The notes under the pieces are model-generated. The model worked only from the letters and a program-made list of their open reading frames with translations. It was not told the origin of the DNA and made no database searches. From Octopus vulgaris (taxonomy: Eukaryota), in assembly GCA_951406725.2 (NCBI GenBank), contig OX597826.1:496001-560000 (forward strand): 64,000 bases of DNA, in the 5' to 3' direction. Below are positions 1 to 12,140 of this stretch, in pieces. Within the stretch, counting starts at the first letter, position 1. Each line of letters starts with the position of its first letter. Position numbers and translations under genes: made by a program.

Positions 1-132
1 TCCCGCTTTCTCCCTATCCCTCCCTCCCTCCATCACTCTCCCTATTTCTTTCTCTCCCAACCTCTCTCCCCCCCACCCTCTCTCCCTCTTTCTCTCTCTC
101 TCTCTCTCTCTGTGCGCGTGAGTGTGAACACA

Positions 133-738
133 CTTTTCTATTCTAGGCACAAGGCCCGAATTTTGGGTGGAGAAGGGAGCCAGCCGATTAGATCGATCCC
201 AGTAAATAATTGGTACTTAATTTATCAACTCCGAAAGGATGAAAGGCAAATTCGACCTCGGCAAAACGCAAAGTCAGACGGAATACCTATTTCTTTACTG
301 CCCACAAGGAGCTACACACAGAGGGGACAAACAAGGACAGACAAACGGATTAAGTCGATTACATCTACCTCAGTGCGTAACTGGTACTTATTTAATCGAC
401 CCCGAAAGGATGAAAGGCAAAGTCAACCTCGGCGGAATTTGAACTCAGAAAGAAAAGTCAGACTAAATACTATTTCTATTTCTTTACTACCCACAAGGGG
501 CCAAACACAAAGTGGACAAACAAGGACAGACAAAGGGATTTAGTCGATTACATCTACCCCAGTGCGTAACTGGTACTTAATTTATCGACCCCGAAAGGAT
601 AAAAGGCAAAGTCGACCTCGGCGGAATTTGAACTCAGAACGTAGCGGCAAACGAAATACCTATTTCTTTATTGCCCGCAAAGTCAGACGAAATACTAAGT
701 ATTTCTCCGGCGTGCTAACGTTTCTGCCAGCTCGCCGC
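133..738 (-). mobile_element. SINE family A, head-to-tail multimer (about 3 units)
   Basis: Repeated ~185-nt unit CTGGTACTTAATTTATCGACCCCGAAAGGATGAAAGGCAAAGTCGACCTCGGCGGAATTTGAACTCAGAAC (B-box GAGTTCAAATTCC on the - strand); same family as 5010-5241. Confidence 0.85.
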
Positions 739-947
739 ATTTGTACGAGAAAAAAAAAATGATAAAGCAACACCCTAAGTGCTAGCGAACTCAAAAAGTT
801 TAACTGTTTCAAAAAGATTTAGCTCTTACAAAATGTAAAATTCCACCCTAAATAAATGCTTTGCTTACCATTAAATACTAACCAACATCACATATTATGT
901 ATTTTAATAATAACAATAATAATAATAATAATATATAATATAACATA

Positions 948-1142
948 ATCCTTCCTAGTACAAGGCCTCATATTTGGGGAAAAGGGACTAAGTCGATTAC
1001 ATCGACCCTGGTGCGTGACTGGTACTTATTCAATCGACCCCGAAAGGATGGAAGGCAAAGTTGACCTCCGCGGAATTCGAACTCAGAACATAAAGACAGA
1101 CGAAATACTGCTAAACATACGATTCTGCCAGGTCGTCGCCTT
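948..1142 (-). mobile_element. SINE family A monomer
   Basis: Same core and B-box as the other family A copies. Confidence 0.8.
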
Positions 1143-1188
1143 ATAATATAACACAATACAATATAACATTATATATATATATATTACG

Positions 1189-2197
1189 ATGGCCGTCCTT
1201 GCTAGCTATGCAGATGACACAAAAGTCTCCCACACAATACAAAACCCTGAAAATATTGCGCATCTGCAACAGGAGTTGGATACAATATACAGGTGGGCTG
1301 AGGACAACAACATGCAGTTTAATGCAGGTAAGTTCCAGGCCCTGCGCTACACACACACAAAGGTAAACGACGTGCAGACTGGATACACTGGCTCAGGAAG
1401 AATTGCAATCCCTGAGTCAAAATCAGTGCGTGACCTGGGCATTGACATGAGCAATGATGCATCTTTCCAAGTGCATATTACTAATCTGGTGATAAAATGC
1501 AGACGGCTAGTTGGATGGATTCTCCGAACTTTCAGAACAAGAGAGAAGGTCCTCTGGAAAACATTCGTCCTCAGCCGCTTGGACTACTGCTCCCAACTAT
1601 GGTCACCACACAATATAAAACTAACAGCAGAACTCGAAGCAATTCGAAGAAGCTACACAAAGAAGATCGTCTCAATGCAAAATATCAGCTACTGGGAAAG
1701 ACTGAAAGTATTAAACCTCTTCTTCCTAGAGCGAAGGCGGGAGAGATATGCGGTGATTTACATCTGGAAAATCCTAGAGGGTCTTGTCCCAAACTTTGGC
1801 ATTCAAAGTTACCCCAACCTCGGCAAAACGCAGAACGGGGCGCAACTGCATGGTGCCAAATATTCCAACATCACCATCAAAATACAGGTCCAGATACTGC
1901 AACAGCTTGGGTTTCAGAGGACCACAGCTCTTTAACATCCTCCCTAAATGCCTGAGAGACTTGCATGGTGTGGATGTGGGTTTCTTTAAAACTAAACTGG
2001 ATCTCTTCTTGTCGGGAGTCCCAGATGAGCCTACATCACGACAGGAGACGCGGATGCGGGCAGCAGCATCGAACTCCCTTGTTGATCAAGCGCCACGTAT
2101 CAGAGGTGGATTCACATATTAGTGTAGCTCATTCAGCGGTGGTGCCCCAGCATGGCCGCGGCCTTCGGGCTAAAACATTTTAAAGGATTTAAGGATG
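1189..2197 (+). mobile_element. 5'-truncated LINE of the CR1/L2/Jockey-like group: RT C-terminus plus 3' UTR
   Basis: YADD motif, WAEDNNMQFNAGK, VRDLGI, SRLDYCSQLWSP, YWERLKVL; frameshift near 1800; ends in TTTAAAGGA/TTTAAGGA repeats, then (TA)n. Confidence 0.9.
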
Positions 2198-2267
2198 TAT
2201 ATATATATATATATACATATACACTCACATACATATATACATGTGCGTGTGTATACGGACAGAAAGT

Positions 2268-2308
<41 letters not shown>

Positions 2309-2453
2309 GGTGGTGGTGGTTGTGGTGGTGGTGGTGGTGGTGGTGGTTGTAGTAGTAGCAGCAGCAGCATACGTGTTCTTGATGGTCACGAGTGAACAAC
2401 ATTCACGCATGCACTCACATACATATATAAATATATATATGTAAGCAGATACT

Positions 2454-2486
<33 letters not shown>

Positions 2487-2547
2487 TGCATACATGTGTG
2501 TGAGTGTGTGTGTGTGCGTGTGTGCGTGTGTGTGCGTATGTGTGTGC

Positions 2548-2726
2548 AGGCGCCGATGTGGTCGTGTGGTAAGAAGCTTGCTTTCCAATCACATGGCCTC
2601 GAGTTCAGCCCCGCTACGTGGCACCTTGAGAGTGTTTCTACTAATCTGGCCCCAGGCCGACCGAAACCTTGCGAGTGGATTTGGTATTCGGGAACTGAAA
2701 GAAGCCCGTCATTTATATAATATATG

Positions 2727-2782
<56 letters not shown>

Positions 2783-3042
2783 TGTATATCTACGTGAGTG
2801 TGTCTTTGTGTTTTTGTGTGTTTGCCCCCCCCCCCCCACTGCTTGACAACAGCTGTTGGTGTGCTTACATCCCCGTAACTTAGCGGTTCGGCAAAATATT
2901 CTTATAGAACAAGTACCAGCCCCGTAGAAAAAAGAAAAAAAAAGAGAAAAGAAAAGGTATTAATGTCGATTTATTCAATTAAAAATTCCTCAACGCGGTG
3001 CCCCAGCATGGCCACAGTCTAATGACTGAAACAAGTAAAAGA
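2548..3042 (+). mobile_element. SINE family B (tRNA-derived head, internal TA microsatellite)
   Basis: A/B-box-like head, GGCACCTTG.G.AAGTG core, tail GCGGTGCCCCAGCATGGCC.CAGTC.AATGACTGAAACAAGTAAAAG. Confidence 0.85.
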
Positions 3043-3399
3043 TACATAATTATGATTGTACACAGTTATTAGAGAAATCTATAAGATATATTAGGAGATG
3101 ATGTGTGAATAAATATGTTTATATTAAGCCCACATCTAACTCAAAAATACAGGGAAAAGTAGCAGTTGGAACTTGTCAGTGGAACTGAGTGTATTTGCTT
3201 CGTTTTAAACACTGTAGCAATTCAGTTCTATATTTAAGAGATGAGGAATTATGTACATTATTTACATTATTTACATTATTTACATTACACGGATATTTGT
3301 CCTCATTTTGTTTGTTGTTACGAGCATATGGCATAGTGGTTAAGAGCGCGGCCTACTAACCCCAAGATTCTGAGTTCGATTCCAAGCAGTGACCTGAAC

Positions 3400-3437
<38 letters not shown>

Positions 3438-3467
3438 TAATTATAATAATAATAATAATAATAATAA

Positions 3468-4020
3468 ATGCCCTGATGCAGTACCAGACAGTGGCTCTCG
3501 TGGCTTCTGATCTTAAGTGATTGGAAGTGTTATCATGTACATTATTTTGTCTTGGTATAAAAGATGGGCTACATCAAATATTCTGCTCAATATCACAGAT
3601 TTGCTTGTCAGTTGTTTGACCTTAACCAGTTGAGCATGTCCCTTAGTGGCTGACGATATGTGCATCTCTGATCACGAGCAGAAGTAGTGGGGGAGCATCG
3701 TAGCCGTGTGTTGAAAGGAATTCTTAGAGGTTTGGATAATTCACGTTTGGAAACATGGGTGTTTCGTTCAAGATCCTTAAACAATCCTTATTCAGGGACA
3801 TTTTGAGCGGGATGGGCTACTCGACCAGAAAATTCTAACTGGGCCCCACCTGTAAGGTCATGCGCTGTTTATCTCGTTATGAGATCACCATGTCGCGCAC
3901 ATATGGTTGTGATGCATGTGCCTGGTGTACCTTTATCAGACGGGTAGTCATGATGGGAAGACTGGGCTTCGTATATTTTACCCCAGTGTCACTTTGATGG
4001 CATGCACTGCTCTCTCACTC
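3468..4020. mobile_element. ~550-bp non-coding insertion inside an (AAT)n tract
   Basis: Complex sequence bounded on both sides by (AAT)n (3399-3467, 4021-4190); no credible ORF. Confidence 0.55.
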
Positions 4021-4071
4021 AATAATAATGATAATAATAATAATAATGATAATAATAATAATAATAATAAT

Positions 4072-4147
<76 letters not shown>

Positions 4148-4151
4148 TTAA

Positions 4152-4185
<34 letters not shown>

Positions 4186-4240
4186 GATAACATCGAAAAC
4201 TACATTAAGGAATGAGAACCCAGGTTCGAAATTTCCCTCA

Positions 4241-4288
4241 AGACACCTGAAGAAGGCTGAAGGGTATATCAGCCGAAACGTTGTTTTA
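4241..4288 (+). ncRNA. Minimal type I hammerhead ribozyme motif
   Basis: gacac-CTGAAGA-a-ggctga(agggtata)tcagcc-GAAA-cg-TT-gtttt; palindromic stem III AACGTT; stem I has one mismatch. Confidence 0.7.
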
Positions 4289-4461
4289 ACAACAAACAAG
4301 ATGAGGACAAATATCCGTCGAATGTAAATAATGTAAATAATGCAAATAATGTACTGTAAACAGTTACTGAAACGTACATGTATGTGCAGACATTGCTGCG
4401 TGGTTTTAAGAAGCTCGCTTTGCAAACATGCGGCTGGGCCTTGGGGTCAAGTTGCCCTCTG

Positions 4462-4525
4462 TGGTCCGGGCTACAATAGGTCCGGGCTACAATAGGTCCG
4501 GGCTACAATAGGTCCGGGCTACAAT
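4462..4525. repeat. 16-bp tandem repeat x4
   Basis: (GGTCCGGGCTACAATA)4 inside a decayed SINE B head. Confidence 0.9.
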
Positions 4526-4579
4526 GGACGTCATAGACGAGTGAATTAGAAAATTGTGTGGAAGCTTATCATATATAGG

Positions 4580-4912
4580 CCCAGGATTGGTTGTATGGTA
4601 AGACGCTTGCCTCCCAATCACATGGTACCAGGTTCAGTCCCAATAGGTGGCACCTTGGGCAAGTGCTTTTCTTCTACTACAGCCTCCGGCCAACCAAAGC
4701 CTTCTGAGTGAATTTGGTAGACTGAAACCGAAAGAAGCCCGTCGCATGTGTATGTGCGTGTGTTTGTGTTTGTTCCCAGCACCATCGCTAGACAACCAGT
4801 GTTAGTGTATTTACGTCCACGTAACTTAATGGTTCGGCGAAAGATAACGATAGAATAAGTACCAGGCTTAATCAAAAAGAAAAATGAGTTGTGAGGTCGA
4901 TTCATTCGACTA
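4580..4912 (+). mobile_element. SINE family B, 3'-truncated
   Basis: GGTTCAGTCCCA...GGCACCTTGGGCAAGTG...GAAAGAAGCCCGTCG...GATAGAATAAGTACCAGG. Confidence 0.8.
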
Positions 4913-5009
4913 AAGAAAAACTGAATTAAGTTTTAATAGCTTAGAAGAATATTTCAACACTGAAGTTTTCAATGCTGACGCTAGTGAAATAGTAGAATCG
5001 TCAGAGTCC

Positions 5010-5241
5010 AAGGCGGCGAGCTGGCAGAAACGTTAGCACGCCGGGCGAAATGCGTAGCCGTATTTCGTCTGCCGTTACGTTCTGAGTTCAAATTCCGCCG
5101 AGGTCGACTTTACCTTTCATCCTTTCGGGATCGATAAATTAAGTACCAGTTACGCATGGGGTCGGTGTAATCGACTTAATCCGTTTGTCTGTCCTTGTTT
5201 GTCCCCTCTGTATTTAGCCCCTTGTGGGTAGTAAAGAAATA
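5010..5241 (+). mobile_element. Full-length SINE family A monomer with 22-bp target-site duplication
   Basis: TSD GAAATAGTAGAATCGTCAGAGT at 4986-5007 and 5242-5263; inserted into an older family A head. Confidence 0.9.
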
Positions 5242-6542
5242 GAAATAGTAGAATCGTCAGAGTGTCAGACAGAATGCTTCGCGGTACTTGGTTCAAACTC
5301 TCCATGTTCTGAGTTCAAATTCCGCCGAGGTCAACTTTGTCATTCATCTTTTCGGTGGATTAAGCTAACACTCTCCATTCAGATTTCGAGAATTCTGCAG
5401 AGGATTTGTGCATTTCCAAGTAACACTGTTTCGTTTTTGTTTTTGTTCTTGTTTTTTTTTCTTGTTTTTTTTTTTTTAAAAGCTCTATCTCAAATTTACT
5501 TCTGTTTATTTCAGTCTAGTTCGTGAGCTTCTTACTTTTTGTTCCCAAGGCTCCAACAACAAGAGATACAGCGCCCACCTTCGTCAATAACCAAAGCTTT
5601 TTTGTTTCCTACTTCAAATAATCAAATCTGACTTGTTTCTCTTCTCTTTCCGATACCCTGTCATCTCCAGGGTATGCAAATATTTAGGATTAAGCGGGTT
5701 TTGCCCCCCCACCCCACCCCCGCCTTTATATCTGGTTTTCGCTGTTGACGTTGGGCGATTACATTTCACAGTGTTATTACTTTGTCATTCCCAATTACTC
5801 CTTCTGGAGCTTGTTCATTCCACGTCTTTATTCTATCCAATCCACACTTGCCACACCTCTCGCAATAAATCATTTTTACGACATTACCGTGTCATCTATT
5901 TTTCTTTTCTTTTGGGACCACCATCGTCATAAACCTTCTCCTTTTCCTTTTCATTCATCCTCTCTCTGTCTCACTCTGAAACTTTGCCCTTCTCTTCATA
6001 TGCCTTTGGCTCTCCTCCTCCTCCTCCTTCTCTCCTCCCCCTCTTCTTTTTCTCCTATCATTTTTCGTATATCACTATGTAATAACAATGGATATAAACA
6101 TTGGTACCTTGGTTGGTTGGATTCTCTAGTAACGCTTTACGCGTTACTAAGCGAGAGGGAAGAAAGCGAGAGAGAGAGATTAAAAGGGAGATATAAAGAG
6201 GGTTAATTTAAGAAGTACCGGATAAGCACACCTACTAGACATGAAGCGCAGGTAGGCAATGAGTAAAGAGAATCTAGCCACAGCGAGGGAGAAAGAATCT
6301 CAGTTACGAGGATGAAACAAAGGGAATAAATGAGAAAGTAAGTTAGGGGCGGAGTTACGCAAATGAGAAATTTAATATACTGAATTTTGTTGTAAAAGAA
6401 GGAATAGTATTCATTTCATCATTTTTATATATGCACCAGGAAATTTCATAGAAATTAGATTAGAATACTAGAATGCGTGACACAGTTCTTCGTATTTCCC
6501 ATGACGGCAACATATATATATATATATGTACATATATTTACG

Positions 6543-6627
<85 letters not shown>

Positions 6628-6654
6628 TTTATTTTAAGCAGCAGAAAATTCAAC

Positions 6655-6701
6655 AAAATCTGTTACTCTGAGTTTCTCGTTGCCGTTCATCAGACAGTTT
6701 T
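6655..6701 (-). ncRNA. Minimal type I hammerhead ribozyme (mirror copy)
   Basis: Reverse complement of 8101-8147. Confidence 0.75.
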
Positions 6702-8100
6702 TGCTAGAATGGAACTGATATATCAATTCAATCTATACTCTTACAAACGCTACACCTTTAAAAAGAAATGGACTTGTTTGATTGGCCCTTTAGAAAAAAC
6801 GGTCAATCTTCGAGCGATAAACAAAAAGGTCAAAAATATATGTATATATATATAAAAAACTTATAAAAATTATAAAATCCGAGGAAAAAACCTATTGACG
6901 TTAATGAAGACAGTGCAAATTAATGCATAGAAATTAAACCTGTTATAAATACTGCAATACATATTTATATTAAAATCTACATATATATATCAACATACAC
7001 AAAAGGATGCGCGTAAACGCCATACATACATATACAGACGTATGAATATAAATCTAAATATACACATAAAAGAATGTGTACATATATTCACGCAAACCGT
7101 CTCGCACGCAAGCTAAAATTCATCTATGTAGCAATTCTCATATACTGAGCAAGGAGGGGGAACGAAAGAAAGGGAGAGAGAGAAAAAGGAACGAAGGAGG
7201 GGTGGGGAAAAACGAAATAAGAGAAAATTATGTATACAAGCAGTGTAACGGTATTATTGGCATATATAGAGACCAGTATACATACACAAGTTTGAATGGA
7301 TACATATACATACAGTCGTGTAAATGTGTGCTTAAGCACAAACATATTTTCACTTACACATACACAGATACGCATGCTTACAAATACATATGCTTTGCTA
7401 TACACATACTTATATAAACATTCTAATTTTGACAACATTGCTTTTTTTAAAAAAAACATTGCTTTTAAAAAATGGGTGCATTAATAAAAATATATACGAA
7501 AGACATATAAAATAAAATATAACATCCTATTTTGGGTCATTTATAAATAATCAAGGTAATCCTATGCAATACAATAACATGAAAACAAAGTTTGTAGGTT
7601 TTTCCTAATATATATGTAGAAACATAAGACTTTGCTATACGGATTAAGATCCGCATAGCTTGGAAACAAAAACAAAATCCATCGTAGCGCTCATCGTTCA
7701 AGAGTCAAAATCAAAATCAAAATACAAAATATATACTCTATCCATATGGTATATTTATATTCGATATTTTAAATTTAGCCGCGTGCCTACATAAGTTCAT
7801 TAGCTCACTTCTTTGATTCAAAGAATTATTGTCTTTGAATAAAATGTACATTTTTTTCTAATAGACAAAGCTTGCACTTGAAATTATTTTTGTATGCTCC
7901 ATGCCTGTATGGTGCCGCCCTGTCCAGAATGCTCCATGTCACGTTGAAAGGTGGGGCTTCCTTTTCTTTTAGTTCCCAGACATATTTTGCTAGGCTGGTT
8001 TTCTTCCTATTCTCTGGGTATTTAAATAGTCCATTTCTTTTTAAAGGTGTAGCGTTTGTAAGAGTATAGATTGAATTGATATATCAGTTCCATTCTAGCA

Positions 8101-8147
8101 AAAACTGTCTGATGAACGGCAACGAGAAACTCAGAGTAACAGATTTT
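8101..8147 (+). ncRNA. Minimal type I hammerhead ribozyme
   Basis: ctgt-CTGATGA-a-cg(gcaa)cg-a-GAAA-ctc(a)gag-TA-acag; perfect stem I ctgt/acag, GUA cleavage triplet. Confidence 0.8.
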
Positions 8148-8244
8148 GTTGAATTTTCTGCTGCTTAAAATAAAGCATATTACTCTACCACTGGTATTTG
8201 AGTACTCTTTTTTCCACCTTGTTTCACATTTATGTGTTTACTCC

Positions 8245-8289
<45 letters not shown>

Positions 8290-8447
8290 AAATGCACAGA
8301 TATACATACAACACATACATACATGTGTGTGTGTGTATGTGTGGGTATGTATATATATGTATATATGTATAAATGTACATATATACATACCCACACATAC
8401 ACACACACACATGTTTGTATGTGTTGTATGTATATCTATGCATTTAT

Positions 8448-8507
<60 letters not shown>

Positions 8508-8509
<2 letters not shown>

Positions 8510-10881
8510 GACGAGGTGGAAGAATTCTATCGACAACTAGACAAAGGGCTGGCTATGAAGTCCACTTACACTGTCGTGATGGGAGAGAGAAACGAGAGAG
8601 GAGAACGTTTGGCTACCATGGCAGAGGCGAGGCAGCTCTACATCGGAAACAGCCTATTCAGAAAGAGAGAGAGGAAGAGATGGACTTGGATATCGCCGAA
8701 CTCTAAGCACAGAAGCGAGATCGACTACATCCTGGTTGATAAGCGACGCATATTGCATGACGTCTCCGTCGTGACGCCATTCAACACCGGCAGCGATCAT
8801 CGTCTGGTAAGGGCGAGGGTCGTCATCGACAGGAAGAGGGAAAATATGGCGTTATATTTGGCGTCGAAGGAAAAACGTGTCCGAGTCTACAACGAGGCAA
8901 AGCTGCAGGAAGCCATCATGCAGGAAGACTACAACTCACTGATAGGGAAACTGAAGGAGTGTTTAAGGAAGGCTAAGGGTGTATGCCCAAGAGAAAAGAA
9001 GGGAAGAATCTCGGAAGAAACTACGAAGTTATTCGAGAAGAGGAAAATATGAAGAGGACTATTGAAGATCACCTTGAATATTCCATTCTCAGCAGAGTAA
9101 TTCGTCAGCAACTAAAGAAAGACTTTGAGGCGTACCGGATGGAGAAGCTCTTGAAGGCCGCAGAGGAAAAGAAGAGCCTCAAGAAATGCAAGAGGGACAT
9201 GGTACTATATAGATCGGAGGTGACGGCCCTGAAAAATACAAATGGAATACCGGTCAACGAGAAGAGCGAGATGGAAAATGTTTGTGAAGACTTCTACACC
9301 AAGCTCTTTAAGTCTACCAGAAAAGTCCAGCCGTTACCACCACTCCAACAGGAAGAAAACATGCCCCCTATCCTTGTCAGTGAGGTTGAAAGAGCCATCG
9401 GCTCGATGAAAAACGGAAAGGCTCCAGGGAAAGACGATGTAACATCGGAGGTGCTAAAGTCAGGCAGAGAGCAGCTCTGGAAAATCCTCGCTGAGCGATT
9501 TATGCACTATCTAGACAAGGGAAGAATTCCCTCGCAGTGGAAAGAGTCAAATACCATCCTGCTGTATAAGAAGGGCGACAGAGAAGATCTAAAGAACTAC
9601 CGACCCATATGCCTGCTGTCTCACGTGTACAAGCTGTTCACGAAGACAATTCTGAACAGGTTATCACGACATCTCGACAAACAACAACCGAGGGAACAAG
9701 CAGGCTTGCGGAAGAACTACAGCACAATGGACCATATATTTACTCTAACGCAACTGCTTGAGCGAGCAAATGAGTACAAGCTGCCTCTTTGCGTTGCGTT
9801 TATAGATTATGAGAAGGCCTTCGATAGCGTCGAAACCAACGCAGTGCTGAACTCGCTGCTGAGGCAAGGAATTGAAGCGGCGCAATATGTGCAGCTGCTC
9901 AGAGAGGCAAATTCCGGATGCACCACCGACATAGCTCTACTCCCATCACCCATACGAGTGCCGGTCGAGAAGGGAGTGAAGCAAGGAGATACAATCTCCC
10001 CAAAACTTTTCACTACATGTCTCGAACAGATCATCAGAGACATCGACTGGCAAGGTGATGTCAGCATCAATGGCGAGCTCCTCACTCACCTCCGTTTCGC
10101 TGACGACATCGTACTCATCGCTGAAAACATGGATCAGCTTCAGACCATGCTGACGGAGCTCGACATCAAAGGTTCTGCAGTAGGTCTCAAGATGAACCGC
10201 ATGAAAACAAAGTTCATGCGGTCAGACAATGTACCAACAAGTAGAATGGTGATCGGCAGTGATGAAATAGAGGAGGTGAGGGAATATGTCTACCTGGGAT
10301 AGGAAGTAAATATGTGCCGGGTTATCAAAAAGGAGATCTTACGGAGAGTAAGAGCCGGATGGAAGGCCTTCAATGGCATAAGGGATGTGCTGAAGCGAAG
10401 GTTGGACAGGACCACCCGCGCCAACCTCATTAACAGTGCAGTTCTGCCTGCAATGTTGTATGGTAGTGAAACATGGGCTACCACCAAGAGAGAAAAGCAA
10501 AGACTGGTAACGGCTCAAAGAGCCATGGAAAGGTCAATGCTTGGTATCTCGTTGAGAGAGCACATAAGTAGCAAAATCATCAGAAAGAAGTCCGGCGTGA
10601 GAGATGTCATCGCAGAGTATACACGCAGCAAGTATAGATGGGCTGGACACGTCGCCCGGCTCACCGATAATCGGTGGACGCACGCAGCTGTAGAGTGGTA
10701 CCCGCGTGAGCGGAAAAGACCACCCGGAAGACCTCCACGACGGTGGAGCTACGATATCAGGAGGACGATTGGGATCACGTGGATGAGAAAGGCGTGATCC
10801 AGAGAGGAGTGGACAGTGTGCTGTGACCAGCGGTATCAAACGGACGCCTGACGGACTGGTCGGTCAAGGTGATCAAGGTGA
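8508..10881 (+). mobile_element. RTE-clade LINE (partial APE plus RT), 5'-truncated and inactivated
   Basis: APE motifs EIDYIL and GSDHRLV; RT motifs NYRPICLL, DYEKAFD, GVKQGDTISP, FADD; C-terminal RWAGHVAR; frameshift near 9050, in-frame stop at 10300; (TCAAGGTGA)2 tail; (TA)n flanks. Confidence 0.95.
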
Positions 10882-10911
10882 TATATATATGTATGTATTG
10901 TAAGTATATCT

Positions 10912-10965
<54 letters not shown>

Positions 10966-11619
10966 AAAAAATATATATAAAAATACAAAATGGGACAAGA
11001 ACGCAAAACATTCAAATAGACGATACAAAAAACGGACAGGTCATTCGAAGCCTTTAATCTTCAGTCAAGAACCGGATCTTTGTCTGTGTGTATATGTGTA
11101 TGTGTGTGTGTGTGTATGTGTGTGTGTGTGTGTTTGTGTGTGTGTGTATGTGTGTGTGTGTGATGTGCATGGCCTAGTAGTTTACCTGGTTGCACTCACG
11201 ATCCTAAGATCTGCCCGCATGGCCAGTGCAATGGCCTCACTCGAAAACTATAACCGTAGAAAAGAGGTATAGAGGGAATTATCATAAGACTTGTAGGATG
11301 AGAGCGCATACTAGGCTTGGGACAGGCAATGAGTCAAGGAACACTGCTCACAGATAACACAATGTTTCATGCTGGGACACTGCCTTGAAGGGTTTACTCG
11401 AACACACCGACCCAAAGATAAAAACAAACTACCTCCGGTTGTGGGAGACAAACAGAAATACAAAAACACATATACACATATATTCACACCGAGGAACTGG
11501 ACGGCCTGGTTCTATAGTAGAAGACACTAGCTCAAGGTCCCGCGCAGTGAGGCTAAACCCGAAACCACGTAGTTGCAAAGCGACCTTCTTAACCACGCAA
11601 TTATATCTGCACCTGTGCC

Positions 11620-12140
11620 GGCGAGCTGGCAGAAACGTTAGCACGCCGGGTGAGATGCTTAGCCGTATTTCGTCTGCCGCTACGTTCTGAGTTCAAATTT
11701 CGCCGAGGTCGACTTTGCCTTTCATCCTTTCAGGATCAATTAAATAAGTACCAATTACGCACTGTGGTCGATGTAATCGACTTAATCCGTTTGTCTGTCC
11801 TTGTTTGTCCTCTCTGTGTTTAGCCCCTTGTGGGTAATAAAGAAATAGGTATTTCGTCTGCCGTTACGTTCTGAGTTCAAATTCCAACGAGGTCGAATTT
11901 GCCTTTCATCCTTTCGGGGTCGATTAAAAAAGTACCAGTTACGCACCGGGGTCGATATAATCGACTTAATCCGTTTGTCTGTCCTTGTTTGTCCTCTCTG
12001 TGTTTAGCCCCTTGCGGGTAGTAAAGAAATAGGTATTTCCGCCGAGGTCGATAAATTAAGCACCACTTGTGTGCTGGGGTCGATCTAATCGACTGGCCCC
12101 CTTCCAAAAACTTTCGGGCTTTGTGCCTTGAGTAGAGAAG
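11620..12140 (+). mobile_element. SINE family A multimer
   Basis: Full unit followed by units joined at AAAGAAATAG|GTATTTC (about 11845 and 12030). Confidence 0.85.

Larger units (their letters stand above)
3220..4354 (+). mobile_element. Composite element: inverted copy of the 3' end, tRNA-like head, (AAT)n, hammerhead-containing tail
   Basis: 3253-3320 is the reverse complement of 4287-4354; head 3322-3398 has A-box TGGCATAGTGG and B-box GAGTTCGATTCC; hammerhead motif at 4241-4288. Confidence 0.75.
6627..8246. mobile_element. Non-coding PLE-like element with 148-bp inverted terminal repeats, inside (TA)n
   Basis: 6627-6774 is the reverse complement of 8028-8175; each arm contains a hammerhead; (TA)n on both sides. 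Confidence 0.8.

Noticed and set aside
112-762. ORFs with repeated RNWYLIYRPRKDERQ motifs (also 32392, 40772)
   Set aside because: Antisense translations of SINE A multimers
3322-3398. Functional tRNA gene
   Set aside because: A/B boxes are present, but the acceptor and anticodon stems pair poorly, the anticodon would be ACT, and it is embedded in a repeat; treated as a SINE head
4462-4525. CRISPR-like array (also 22066-22215)
   Set aside because: Contiguous tandem units without unique spacers, in eukaryotic DNA with no cas genes
6078-6482. Possible small solo LTR (TGTAA...TGACA)
   Set aside because: Termini are suggestive, but no TSD or second copy supports it
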